DNA of 63,939 bases, the filler included. It is 8 parts of 8 records of this genome, joined end to end, with 100 filler letters (N's around TTAATTAATTAA, not from the genome) between each part and the next. Parts side by side here need not be neighbours in the genome. Positions count along the whole stretch, not along the records: positions 44,554 to 53,299 come from SRR31147125_48832; positions 53,400 to 58,773 come from SRR31147125_48874; 6 more parts are not named here. One strand, written 5' to 3'. The notes below the pieces were generated by a model. The model worked only from the letters and a program-made list of their open reading frames with translations, had not been told where the DNA came from and did no database searches. The position numbers were made by a program, and so were the translations under genes. This document shows positions 44,454 through 54,923 of the stretch, in pieces; the stretch's first letter is position 1; the number at the start of each line of letters is the position of its first letter.

Positions 44454-44553
44454 NNNNNNNNNNNNNNNNNNNNNNNNNNNNNNNNNNNNNNNNNNNNTTA
44501 ATTAATTAANNNNNNNNNNNNNNNNNNNNNNNNNNNNNNNNNNNNNNNNNNNN
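44454..44553. other. Artificial contig linker
   Basis: N44-TTAATTAATTAA-N44. Confidence 0.99.
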
Positions 44554-45535
44554 AAAAAGCACTTGAAAAAACCCTTTCCCGGGCGAGCAATATTCGCGTC
44601 TACTCGATTCTGGTATTGCTGGTGTTGCTTGCCTTTAACGCGTACTTCCTGGTTAAACGACTCTACTCCACGCTGGATCGTTTTGCCGCATATGCCCATC
44701 GCATCGCCTCGGGGGATTTCAGTCCCATTGTACCCAAAAGAAGGTACAGGGATGAATTTACCGATCTCAGCATCGTCATCAACGACATGATCAAGGAGAT
44801 CGATACCCGGGAGGCGGCCCTGATCCAGACCCACAAAATGAGAGCCGTGGGCACGTTGACCGCAGGGATCGCCCATGAGCTGAACAACCCCTTGAACAAC
44901 ATCATGCTGACCGCGCATATGGTAATGGAAGATTATCACGACCTTCCCGATGAGGAGCGTCTGGAGATGATTCAGGACATGGCGGAAGAGACGGATCGTG
45001 CCAAAAAGATTATCCGGAATCTTCTCGATTTCGCACGTGAGAGCACCTCAACCATGGAATCCATGGATCTGTCGGAGCTTTTAAAGGGAACCATCAAGTT
45101 GTTGGAGAATCAGATCCGCCTTGCCGGGATTACCGTGGATCTCCAGTTTGGTGAGGCCCTGCCACGGGTTCACGGCGATGCGCAAAAGCTTCAGCAGGTG
45201 TTTGTCAATCTACTTTTGAACGCTATGGATGCCTCGGAAAAAGGAAGTAAGATTCAGGTGATGGGCTACCTGGGAGAGAAGGCGGAATACGTAAAGGTGA
45301 ATGTCATCGATTACGGTCAGGGGATTCCCAAACATTTGATTTCTTCCGTGTTTGATCCGTTTTTCACCACAAAACAAAAAGGAAAAGGAACCGGACTCGG
45401 CTTGAGTGTGTCCCAGGGGATTGTGGCCAAACACGGCGGCATGATCGAGGTGAAAAGTGATGAGGGAGCGGATCCTGTTTTACCGTGAGCCTTCCTGTGA
45501 TCACCTTTCCCGGTCTTCCTTCGTTTCAGATTTAG
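44554..45535 (+). CDS. HAMP-containing sensor histidine kinase (NtrB-like), 5'-partial, with an apparent frameshift at ~45464-45466
   Basis: TM-HAMP, AGIAHELNNPL, QVFVNLLLNA, DYGQGI, FDPFFTTK and GTGLGL. An extra G restores the GSCFTVSLP ending. Confidence 0.9.
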
Positions 45536-45545
45536 GTGATGGCGC

Positions 45546-45743
45546 TCAGTCAACATTAAGATCACCGGCACATTCCAGGATATATTGCGCCATTTGACGT
45601 TTGTTCTTGGGCAGATCCGCCTCTTCAATGGCTTTTTTCAACTGTTTGGCAAGGCTCTCGTCGGACTTTTCTCTGTTCTTCCAGGAGACACCGAAAATTC
45701 TGCCCGCTTCCACTTCAATCTGTTTCGAGGTCATTCTTTTCAT
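45546..45743 (-). CDS. Small hypothetical protein (65 aa)
   Basis: Strong AAAGGAG RBS, helical composition, and it fills the gap downstream of the HD gene. Confidence 0.65.
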   Translation of the reverse strand: MKRMTSKQIEVEAGRIFGVSWKNREKSDESLAKQLKKAIEEADLPKNKRQMAQYILECAGDLNVD

Positions 45744-45801
45744 TGTTTTTCTCCTTTTTTCCCGTTGATGAGTTTGTCAAACCTGTGAGTCACACTTGCG
45801 A

Positions 45802-46800
45802 TTACGCATCGTTTATATCCAGCAGTTCCGGCAGACAAAAGGAGAAATCATATTCACTCTTTTTACTGCAACCGGAACATCCGATCTCAACGATCAATCG
45901 TTCACACTTGATGCCCCGCTCCCGGTCAAATGTCGTTTCCATGGATGTGCCGCATCGATTGCACCGTTTGGGAAGAACCAGCACCAGAGGGATGATGTCG
46001 TCCGGCCCTTTGCAGCAGTTGATCTCCATTTCCCGGATTTCATATTCGGCAATGCCGGTCTCTTCCAGCTCCCGAAGATAGTTTCTGAACAGCCAGTTGG
46101 TCTCCTCCGACTTGGATGCCGCCCGTTTTTTACCCGATGCCGTAAACATGTTTTTTTCAAGGCATGCCGCATAGGTGAGCTCTTTACTCATGGCCTTTAA
46201 AATGCTGTGGCGGATCGCCATTCCCCGAAGAACCGATTTTTCAAAGAAATTGGCAAAGCCCATGTAACCGAACTTGATGAGAAAATCGGCATCATGGACA
46301 ATTTTCGAAATCATGCTTTTTCTTCTTTGATCATTGTAAAGGGCCAAAAGACCGTCAACCACCGCTTCAATATCCTTAGGGGAGAATTCGATATCTCTCA
46401 AGAGTTTTTTGGCAATGTTTGCGGCGATTTCCTCTTCGGGGACATCCCCTTCATGGTAGTGACCGTTTTCAAATTTTCCGCAGTCGTGAAACAAGGCCGT
46501 CACAACCGGTAGGAGCGGATCCATGAACGCGTCGTAGGCCAGCTGCATAGCCATGGAGCTGACATAATAGGTGTGCTCCCACAAAAAGCTGTCTTCCGTC
46601 TCTCTTTCGGCATATTCAAACTCGGATTGTTCGATGACGTCTCGGATTTTGTCAATGAGCGTCGGATATCGATCCCTGAGTAATTGATCGATATTTCTTT
46701 TCCGCTTCATTTCCCAAATGGAGAATGGTGATGAATCCGGTGGATCCGTAGTATCAACGGAAGGAATGAAGTTTGGTTTGGCTGCAGCAGTCGAATACAT
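45802..46800 (-). CDS. HD-domain protein with a C-terminal Cys-rich (Zn-ribbon-like) domain
   Basis: EHT..V, ALFHDCGK, HDAD.L.K.G and C-terminal CC, CNRC, C, CSGC, FC. The start may be 46710. Confidence 0.8.
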   Translation of the reverse strand: MYSTAAAKPNFIPSVDTTDPPDSSPFSIWEMKRKRNIDQLLRDRYPTLIDKIRDVIEQSEFEYAERETEDSFLWEHTYYVSSMAMQLAYDAFMDPLLPVVTALFHDCGKFENGHYHEGDVPEEEIAANIAKKLLRDIEFSPKDIEAVVDGLLALYNDQRRKSMISKIVHDADFLIKFGYMGFANFFEKSVLRGMAIRHSILKAMSKELTYAACLEKNMFTASGKKRAASKSEETNWLFRNYLRELEETGIAEYEIREMEINCCKGPDDIIPLVLVLPKRCNRCGTSMETTFDRERGIKCERLIVEIGCSGCSKKSEYDFSFCLPELLDINDA

Positions 46801-46852
46801 GAGACACCCTAAATATAATATATTACATGTAATTAATAAGATAAATATGAAT

Positions 46853-46890
46853 AAAACTTGTAAATCCCCGGCATTGCCGGAGGATTTACA
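46853..46890 (-). terminator. Intrinsic terminator
   Basis: TGTAAATCC-CCGGCA-t-TGCCGG-aGGATTTACA long stem, with AGTTTT following on the minus strand. Confidence 0.65.
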
Positions 46891-46900
46891 GAAAGCTCTA

Positions 46901-47257
46901 TTATCGTCCGGGAATTATTTTTGATTTGGAAGCACCTTGGGGCCCTTGATTTTGTTGCATCTGTTTGACCTGCTCCACCATATTATGCAGGGCTTTTTCC
47001 ATCACATTTGGAAACTCATCCATGGCCTCTTCATAGGTGGTGGCGGGAATCATGGCCCTGACCGGAATGGGGCCTTCGGGAGACATCATCTGGGTTTCGC
47101 CGAAAAAGCGTTTGGATCGACTGGTATCATCACTGCCGTCGATAGTGATGGGGGTCAAAATTTTGATGGTGGCAATCTTGAAATCGGTAATGGTCTCTTC
47201 CCGATAGAGGTTGGTTTTGTCCACGGTAAAATCATCATGTTTGATCTGCTGGCTCAT
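46901..47257 (-). CDS. Conserved hypothetical cytoplasmic protein
   Basis: AAGGA RBS; D..NLYREE..TD....I..LTP...DGS.D..R...F.G.TQ.M.P.GP.P pattern and a C-terminal IIPGR. Confidence 0.75.
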   Translation of the reverse strand: MSQQIKHDDFTVDKTNLYREETITDFKIATIKILTPITIDGSDDTSRSKRFFGETQMMSPEGPIPVRAMIPATTYEEAMDEFPNVMEKALHNMVEQVKQMQQNQGPQGASKSKIIPGR

Positions 47258-47292
47258 AATGTAGATCCTTTCAATAGGTGAATCATTTGCAA

Positions 47293-48502
47293 TTAACAAC
47301 CGGGCTCTTCATCGTACTGGCCGAATTTGAGAAACAGGGTCAATATCGGTCCCATGAGCATAAAACTCCCAAACAAGACAAATCCGGTGGAAAATTGATA
47401 GGTTTGCCCCAAATATCCGATCAGGGGGAAGCAGACCGCCACCTATCAAATAGGATGTGGGCGGCCCGACAGAACTGGTTACACTGCGTAAATACGGCGG
47501 GGCGATCCGGGATAGCGCACCAAATCCCGCCGGGAAAAAGGCCGTCAATACAGCCGGTTGGATAAAGATGATCAGTTTCAAAAAGAATCCGTCAAGAATG
47601 CCGATGAAAATGGTACAGATACCGGCCAGGGTCAAGGCAGCGGTCATCATCGGTTTTTGGCCGATTTTGTCCGTGAGAAAGCCAGCCGCAAATACCATGA
47701 TAAGGCCCGAGATTTGACTGAGCCCCACCAGGGTGTTGGCCGTTGTCAGATCCATGGCTCTCTCGTTTACCAGGTAAAGGGGAAGCATGGTGAAGATGCC
47801 GGCGTTTCCGCCCATGGCCATGGAAAAAAGCATCACCATGATCCAGAACGCTTTTCGTCCCATGACGTTTCCGATGGTTTTCGGGCTGGGCAGGTGTCCT
47901 GGAAATTCCCCTCCCCTTCCTAAAAACGAATAGGCCGCTGCAGCAGTGATGGCGGTGACGGCAACCGTGATGAGCACCATGCGCCAGGACATGAATTGCA
48001 ATAGCGCAGTTGCGATCAAAGGCGCAGTACAGAGGGCCAGGGGCGGGGCCGATTGGTGGATACTGAGGGCCTTTCCCCAATCTTCCTTTCGGATCTCGGC
48101 GGTAATGGTGGCAATGGCCGACGGGATATGAATTCCCGATGCAAATCCCACCATCATGAGCAGCAATCTGATGGACCAGATGCTGTCCACAAAGGCAAAC
48201 GGTACAATGGCCAGTCCCATGATCCATGCCGATAAAATCAAAGTCCCGCGGTGGTTGATTTTGGATGAAAGCAGTCCGGATGAGATGGGGGCGGTGAGAT
48301 ACCCGATGGAGACCATCAAAAAAAGACTCCCTGCCTGGGCGTGGGTGATGCCGATTTCCTGCTCGATTACCGGCAGCAGCGGAGCAAAGATCATTCGTGT
48401 GACAAAGCCCAGATAAAACAGCGCGGCAATGAACAAGATCATGCCGATTCTGGTTTGAAACGGTTCCGGCAATGGGCAGTCATAAACGCCGACGTCTTGC
48501 AT
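47293..48502 (-). CDS. MFS transporter, with an apparent frameshift at ~47424-47428
   Basis: About 12 TM helices and G.L.DKIG.K motif A. The corrected frame gives LIGYLGQTYQFSTGF...EEPGC*. Confidence 0.9.
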
Positions 48503-48765
48503 GTCTCTCCTCTTTTTAATCCATTCTGATTTGGACGTTTTTTAGTTCTTCTTCAGTTACAGCATTGCCTCTTTTTATATGCTTGGTAGTGGAATGTAAA
48601 TTTTTTCTCCGGTTCGGTGATCAGATGTTCATCGGACGTCAATTTGAAGAGGCGTTCCAGTTATCAACTGGAAAGACCAATAACATAATTACAAATTACA
48701 TGCAATCTAATCTTTAAAATATTACATGATATCTTTGGAAGAAATTACCCCGTGCCGGCAAGGGA

Positions 48766-50034
48766 TCATCGCCGTGAGCCGTAGTGCAGACAGACAGATG
48801 TGCCGCCCTGATCGAGGTTTTGGATTTGCAGTTGCCAGCCGGCCAGATCACAGAGCCGCTGTACAATGGAAAGACCGATGCCGACGCTGCGGCTTTTGGC
48901 TGGGAATCCTTTTTCCATCGGTATTTCAGATGAAAAGAGGCCGATTCCGGTATCGGTGATTTGAATTTCATGGGGGTGTGTTTCAATGGTGATGGTACCC
49001 TTTTGGGTGTACTGGAAAGCGTTTCTCACCAGGTTGGAAATGACGATTTTAAACAGAATCGGGGCAGCGACAATGGTCAGCTCCGGGTCTCCTTTGAGGG
49101 AAATTTCAGTCTTTTTGTTGTACGACAGATATCGGTTTTGATCGATGATATCTTCAATGACGGGATGGAGCTCGAATGTCTCGTTTTCCGGCAGTCCTCC
49201 ACGAATCCGGCTCAAGGCCAGAAACGTCTCGATCAGGTTTTCCATATCCCTGACCGCTCTGTCGATACGGGCAACGGGCCCTTGAATGACCGACTCGGGA
49301 ACCCGGCTGTTTCTTCTGATCACGTCCGCCGCCCCTTTGACGGTGGTGACCGGCGTTCGAAGCTCATGGCTGACATCCGATGCAAACCGTTTTTCCGCCT
49401 CGATGGTTTGCGTCATATCGGCAATGTGCCGCTCCAGTGTCCGGGCCAGGAACCCGATTTCATCATGGTAAAACGATTTTGAAAAATCGGTCCGGGATCC
49501 GGAACTTTCCGCTCTTTTGATGATATCGGCCAACCGGATGACCGGTTGGATCACCCGGTCTGAGACGGATGCGGAAAATAGAAGGGCCAAAAGCAGGAAA
49601 AAGAGAATCGATACCACCATCAGGCTCCCGGTTGTGACCATTTTTTCGTCATGGATTTCCAAGGAACTTGTATCGTAGAAAATATATAGTTTTTCGCCGG
49701 ATTCCGGCAACGCGGCTATACCGACGTGAATATCGAGATCGGCAAACTCATAAATACCGTCCGGTCTGTTTTCGATCAACAGGCGTTGTTTGTCGGAAAG
49801 TCCGTTTTTTCCGATATATCCGTTGATATAGGCTGAGCTGGGCAGCAAAGCTTGTGCGTCTTTGGTGTATCTATCCAAAAATTCGTCGATCTCGAGAGAG
49901 ACCCTGCGATTGAACACGGCATCCTCGCTGCTGACCAGGGTAATCAAGACAAATCCGGTGTAGGTGATACCGGTGATCAGGCAAAAAAGGGAGAAGGCGG
50001 CGATGATCCTGAATCGGAGGCTGTTTCTAAGCAT
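48766..50034 (-). CDS. Sensor histidine kinase (OmpR-partner, ColS-like)
   Basis: TM-periplasmic-TM-HAMP, F.SDVSHELRTP, NLVRNAFQYT, DTGIG and GIGLSIV; overlaps the regulator's stop codon. Confidence 0.92.
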   Translation of the reverse strand: MLRNSLRFRIIAAFSLFCLITGITYTGFVLITLVSSEDAVFNRRVSLEIDEFLDRYTKDAQALLPSSAYINGYIGKNGLSDKQRLLIENRPDGIYEFADLDIHVGIAALPESGEKLYIFYDTSSLEIHDEKMVTTGSLMVVSILFFLLLALLFSASVSDRVIQPVIRLADIIKRAESSGSRTDFSKSFYHDEIGFLARTLERHIADMTQTIEAEKRFASDVSHELRTPVTTVKGAADVIRRNSRVPESVIQGPVARIDRAVRDMENLIETFLALSRIRGGLPENETFELHPVIEDIIDQNRYLSYNKKTEISLKGDPELTIVAAPILFKIVISNLVRNAFQYTQKGTITIETHPHEIQITDTGIGLFSSEIPMEKGFPAKSRSVGIGLSIVQRLCDLAGWQLQIQNLDQGGTSVCLHYGSRR

Positions 50035-50728
50035 CCCGTGCCCCGATGCGGTATCCGAAACCATGGACGGTATGGATCAGCTTTTCGGAATAATCCTTGT
50101 CGATCTTCTTGCGTAATAGATAGATATGGCTTTTCAGTGCATCGCTTCCGGGCGGCATATCCTCCCATAGTAAAAATTCCAGTTCCGATCTGGGAACGGC
50201 ATTGGGGTGGGATTCCATGAGCCGGACCAGCAGCTTGAAACAGGAAGGATTCAGATCGATATGATTTTCATCGCGTCTGACGCTTCGTCTACCCGTATCC
50301 ACCACCAGGTCTTGAATCCGCAGAACCGACCCTGAAGCAGCGTTGGTCCATCTGGAAAGGGCCTTGACCCGGGCAATGAGCTCATCCATTTCAAAGGGTT
50401 TGACCAGGTAGTCGTCGGCACCGGCACCAAAGCCTTCCAGCTTTTGAGACAGAGTATCCCTGGCCGTCAGCATCAAAACCGGAATATAGGTATCGGTGCG
50501 GGAGCGAAGTTCCCGGCAAAGGGTAATTCCGTCCATGCCCGGCAGTGTCAGATCGAGGATAATGACATCATAGGGGGTGGTGACGGCCAAGTGGATTCCT
50601 CCGATTCCGTCCATGGCAAAATCGGTGATGAATCCTTCGGCAATCAGACAGTCTGAAATGTTCTCGGCAATATCGACATGATCCTCGATGATCAAGATCC
50701 TCAATGCATTCAATTGATTCCCCTTCAT
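50027..50728 (-). CDS. OmpR-family response regulator (ColR-like)
   Basis: ILIIED, DVIILDL.LPGMDG, MLTARD, GADDYLVKPF and HTVHGFGY. The start position is approximate. Confidence 0.93.
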   Translation of the reverse strand: MKGNQLNALRILIIEDHVDIAENISDCLIAEGFITDFAMDGIGGIHLAVTTPYDVIILDLTLPGMDGITLCRELRSRTDTYIPVLMLTARDTLSQKLEGFGAGADDYLVKPFEMDELIARVKALSRWTNAASGSVLRIQDLVVDTGRRSVRRDENHIDLNPSCFKLLVRLMESHPNAVPRSELEFLLWEDMPPGSDALKSHIYLLRKKIDKDYSEKLIHTVHGFGYRIGARDA

Positions 50729-50864
50729 CTTTTCAGGCAACCGCCTGCTTCCGTATAGGTTAAGGCCGTGTCGGAAAACCGACACAACCCACCTTGATCG
50801 TTACAAGACCCTGCAAACCCAGGGTATACCTTCCCAAAAACAATAATCGGGTTTCTCCGATAAA

Positions 50865-52358
50865 TCAATACCGGGATCGAGCCGTGGCAACTTCCTGTCG
50901 GGGACTTAGTGCCGATCGGATGTCCCGGTATATTGCCTGATCCAGTGTGTTGTCAAGGGTTTCCACGGCCTTTCGGGTGACCTCTATGGATGTACCCACC
51001 GGAAATTCAACCGTTGCCGTCATGACGGAGCCGTGGTTTTCCGGAAACAGGTCAAATGGAAGCAATCCTCCCATCATGCCCGGGATAAAGAGCAGGGGAA
51101 GAAAGGCGATCACACTGGTGGCAACGGCAAGAAACACGGGCATTCCCACCTCTTTAACACCCAAAATCACAGCATCAAGCGGATTTGCCCTGCTTTTTCG
51201 ATGATGGAGAATGGCCTCCCCCACCACAATGGCATCGTCTGCAATGATGCCCAGCACCATGATCAGGCTGAAAAGGGAGACCATGTTCAGTGTGCCTGAA
51301 TTGAGCCAAAGAATGACAAGTCCCCCTGAAATGGAAAAGGGAATTCCGGCCGCCACCCAGAAGGCCAGCCGTTTATCGATAAATATCCACAGGACGATTA
51401 AGACCAGAACCAATCCGAACAGTCCGTTTTTCATCAACGTGTCGATCCGGTTCCGGGTGGTGATATCGGCATCGTGAAGCGTGCCGAAATGCATTCCGGC
51501 ATCCAGCTGTTTTTGTTTATGGATGATATAGTTGTTAACGGCATCCGATATCTCGATGGCGTCCTCTTCGGCTTCGGGTCTCTTTGTTGCACCGGACAAT
51601 CCGGTTGACCGAGAGCCGTTCAGCCGCACGGGCGTGTCACTCTCATTCCAGATGATGAGACACTTGAATCCGTATATTTCGTCGGGATTCGGAGAGCCGG
51701 AAAGAAGAGAAGTATCCCGGGCTGAAAGGGGGACGTGGAGTTCGAGAGTTGTCTCGTCGCACAGCATGGCAACCGCTATTCTCTTCTCAATACCCATGCC
51801 CAACTCCACCTGGCTGCTCTCCACCCGTCCTGAAAAAGGGGCCTGAACGGAACAACGCTCCAGATCCAGACGGATTTGAGAGAGAGTGGTTTTTAAAGAT
51901 TCCAGCCTGAAGGTTTCGATTCGGATCTCTCCGGGATAGAGTTCCAGGCTCTTTTTGAGCTCATTCTCTGCAATTTTTGCCGCAATCAGCTCGATTTCAG
52001 CAGCCTCAACCTGTTCATTGCTGACGATATGATCGGTTTGATTCAAGGAATAGTATCGTTCGTATCGGGAGCGCGAGAGATGGGTGTGACGTTCAACCTC
52101 CTGCAGCCGCTTTTTGTCCAGTTCGTACTGATGGGTCAGGTTCTTTATTGTTTGCCGGATCTTTTTTTCCTGGGCCAGGATGTCATCCAGGCTCAGTTGA
52201 AAATCGGCCGGATCGATCTTGAACAGAATATCTCCAGCCTCCACTCTCCGGCCGGCCTCCAAATGTTCAACTGCGGTCTTCCCGGGGAGCCTGTCATGGC
52301 TGTTTTGAAATTTCATAAACCGCTTTTTCTTTCCACTTCTCGAACCTTGCCTCTTCAA
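50865..52358 (-). pseudogene. In-frame chimera of a membrane-fusion-protein fragment and AcrB-family RND fragments (collapsed efflux operon)
   Basis: MFP lipoyl/hairpin region (GD.LF.IDP.DF...APFSGRV...VE.G), then an RND segment (EDAIEI, TM2-TM5 with LGII.DDAIVVGE), then a jump to the post-TM7 motif FP....VEFP.GT, then a stop. Confidence 0.7.
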
Positions 52359-52512
52359 TGACGGCTCCGGGATATTCCATCTTTATCTTATTTCGGATAT
52401 GGTCCGGCAGATCCGAAGCCCATGATACAGCCGCCAATACTGTCCAGAAAAGACTCCACCCCATCGTTAAAATCACCTTCATTCGTTTGTGTTCCAGTTG
52501 TAGTACGCGCAT
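52294..52512 (-). pseudogene. Truncated PepSY-like exported protein
   Basis: Signal peptide followed by LP..I...I...YPGA.I.EA..E......YEI, ending abruptly where MFP similarity begins in another frame. Confidence 0.55.
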
Positions 52513-52653
52513 TTGAATTCTCCCATTGTTGTTTTTATTTGAGACCCCCTGCCTTTACAGGTTCCCGGTTTTTCCAGAGTTGCTTTGTCGAAAGGGCCTG
52601 ACATGACCGTTATACCCAGCATGACCTTTTGGATCGAGATGCTGAAAGTGGAA

Positions 52654-53260
52654 TCAATAGAGTATCCACAAATCACCGAACAATCCAATTTCTTTAATTC
52701 TTTCAATTGCTTCAAGTATTCCCACTATCCAGACGAACCATATTGCACTGAAAATATGCCGTCTGTATACGATGGGATTCATATTGTAATTATCCGGTTC
52801 TTCAAAAGCGGAAAGCTGGGGAAAAAATTGGGGCACTTGTTTTTTATAATTTTCAAAGACATTTCCGAAAATCGTTGAGAGTCGTTTTTCCTCACTTTTA
52901 ATTACAAACGGATAATAAATTGAAAAAAATAGAATACATATTATCGGTATTAAAAATGTTTCTGTAAAACAAGTGACGCCGACCATTCCCACCATGCTGA
53001 AAAAATAAAGAGGATTCCGACAAATGGAGTAAGGGCCTTTCGTTATCAATTTTTCATCTTTGTACCCTGCAATATAGACTGAACACCACATTCTTCCCAA
53101 AGTGGCAACTGCGACAAGAATAATGCCGACCAGGATAAAAAAATGCAACTGTTTTATGTGATGCATCCCAATAGCTTTTGCTGCTACATAGAAAAAATAA
53201 AATGATGAGTGCTGCACAACGGGATAGAACGATACGATATTTTTCAACTTTAATTTTCAT
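52654..53260 (-). CDS. Isoprenylcysteine carboxyl methyltransferase (ICMT/PEMT) family protein, with an apparent frameshift at ~53137-53143
   Basis: GR.W...I.GYK...LIT.GPYS..RNPLY, EE..L...FG..F..Y...VP.F.P; AAGG RBS before the ATG at 53260. Confidence 0.85.
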
Positions 53261-53299
53261 TTTTGTACCTATTAAGGAATCGGTTTTTAATAACTTGCC

Positions 53300-53399
53300 N
53301 NNNNNNNNNNNNNNNNNNNNNNNNNNNNNNNNNNNNNNNNNNNTTAATTAATTAANNNNNNNNNNNNNNNNNNNNNNNNNNNNNNNNNNNNNNNNNNNN
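53300..53399. other. Artificial contig linker
   Basis: N44-TTAATTAATTAA-N44. Confidence 0.99.
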
Positions 53400-53424
53400 A
53401 CTGCCTACTGCCAACTGTCCACTG
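53400..53424 (+). repeat. Degenerate heptamer tandem repeat at the contig edge
   Basis: ACTGCCT-ACTGCCA-ACTGTCC-ACTG. Confidence 0.6.
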
Positions 53425-53449
53425 GCTCTCCAATTTCCCCTCACACTCA

Positions 53450-53503
53450 GCCTTGTCGACAAAAACCCCCTATACATCGAACATCCCACCCCGTTCGTCT
53501 AAT
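53450..53503 (+). promoter_or_regulatory. Three imperfect direct repeats with a 21-bp period (LytTR-type operator candidate)
   Basis: TTGTCGAC / ACATCGAA / TCGTCTAA start at 53453, 53474 and 53495, upstream of the efflux operon. Confidence 0.4.
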
Positions 53504-53567
53504 CGAGTTGTATCCGCATCCTTTTTTTATGTATACTTGCACTGTAACCTAACAAAAGAAGGAAACG

Positions 53568-54908
53568 ATGAAAACACACAACAACAAAATTCTCGTAATG
53601 ACGCTGGTCTTGATGGAAATAACGACACAGCTTGTCGCACAGATCAATTCTTTTTCTTTACAGGATTGTATCAACTACGCCCGGGAAAACAGTACCGATA
53701 TTGGCAGGGCCAGCAACACGGTTAAAAGTGCAAGCTCCTATTTAGAGCAATCAAGGGCAGCATTAGGCCCGAACCTGTCTTTAAACATCTCGCAAAATGC
53801 CAGTTCAACCAATAGCTATCTGGGAACAGGTAGTAACGGTGACTGGAACAGAGATTCAAATATGGGATTAAACCTGTCCCTGAGTTCAAGCATCACATTG
53901 TACAACGGCGCAAAGTTGAGAAACACGATCAAACAAAACAAAACCAATCTGGCTGCCGCCGAAACAGATATTCAGACACAAAAAGAGTTAATAAGCCTGG
54001 ATATCCTGACAGCCTACATCAATGTTTTACTGGCGAACGAGCAGGTTAAAAACAATGAAGCCCAATTAAAATCAACAGTCAAACAATTAGAGTATGCACA
54101 AGTTCGCAAATCAGCAGGAATTATCTCCACAGCCGATTATCTGAACATCAAATCACAGAGTGCTTCTGAAAAAGCATCTCTTGTATCCGCCCAAAGCGCT
54201 CACCGGTTAAACCTGGTTTCTCTGATGCAGCTTATGAATATGCCTGTTGACGAAAGCTTTAATATTTTAGAACCGGACATTCAGCCCTTGATAAACGATT
54301 CGCTGGTATCAGATGCTGAACAAGTTTACAACATCGCTCTGGGGATTCGGCCGGACATCAAAACAGCCGAATTGGATCTGCAAAGCGCCCTGATGGGAAT
54401 CAAAATAGTCAAAGCCAATGCCTTACCGACCCTGTCGCTCTATGGCAGTCTGGGAACCGGATACAGCGACAATTTATCAGGAATTAACCTGGGCGAACAA
54501 ATGAGCAATAAAATTTCACCGTCAATCGGATTATCCTTATCCATTCCAATTTATCAGCGCAAACAGGTGAAAAATCAGGTGACGCAGGCCACCATTCAGG
54601 CGGATAATTATCAATACAACCTGATGGATATAAAAAACAATCTGCGTAAAGCCATAGAACAAGCCTGTACGGATGCCAACACAGCCGATATGACCTATCA
54701 GGCCTTGCTGGAACAATATCAGGCAGAACAGGAATCCTATCGCCTGGCTGAAGAGATGTTTAATCAGGGACTCATAAATTCGGTCGATTATCTGACCTCA
54801 AAAAACAACCTGATTACAGCAGAAAACAACCTGACACAGGCAAAATACAATGTTGTTTTACAGAATAAAATAATCGATTACTATCTTGGTCAACCCATAA
54901 CCTTGTAG
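53568..54908 (+). CDS. TolC family outer-membrane efflux protein
   Basis: SLQDCI.YA..N, twofold OEP repeat, RPDI..A and LSLSIPIY. Confidence 0.92.
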   Translation: MKTHNNKILVMTLVLMEITTQLVAQINSFSLQDCINYARENSTDIGRASNTVKSASSYLEQSRAALGPNLSLNISQNASSTNSYLGTGSNGDWNRDSNMGLNLSLSSSITLYNGAKLRNTIKQNKTNLAAAETDIQTQKELISLDILTAYINVLLANEQVKNNEAQLKSTVKQLEYAQVRKSAGIISTADYLNIKSQSASEKASLVSAQSAHRLNLVSLMQLMNMPVDESFNILEPDIQPLINDSLVSDAEQVYNIALGIRPDIKTAELDLQSALMGIKIVKANALPTLSLYGSLGTGYSDNLSGINLGEQMSNKISPSIGLSLSIPIYQRKQVKNQVTQATIQADNYQYNLMDIKNNLRKAIEQACTDANTADMTYQALLEQYQAEQESYRLAEEMFNQGLINSVDYLTSKNNLITAENNLTQAKYNVVLQNKIIDYYLGQPITL

Positions 54909-54923
54909 ACAATAGGTGAGAAA

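Noticed and set aside
50786..50867. Possible selenocysteine read-through of the TGA ending the MFP-RND chimera
   Set aside because: There is no Cys-equivalent redox context and no evident SECIS hairpin, and the downstream frame resembles no family I recognise.
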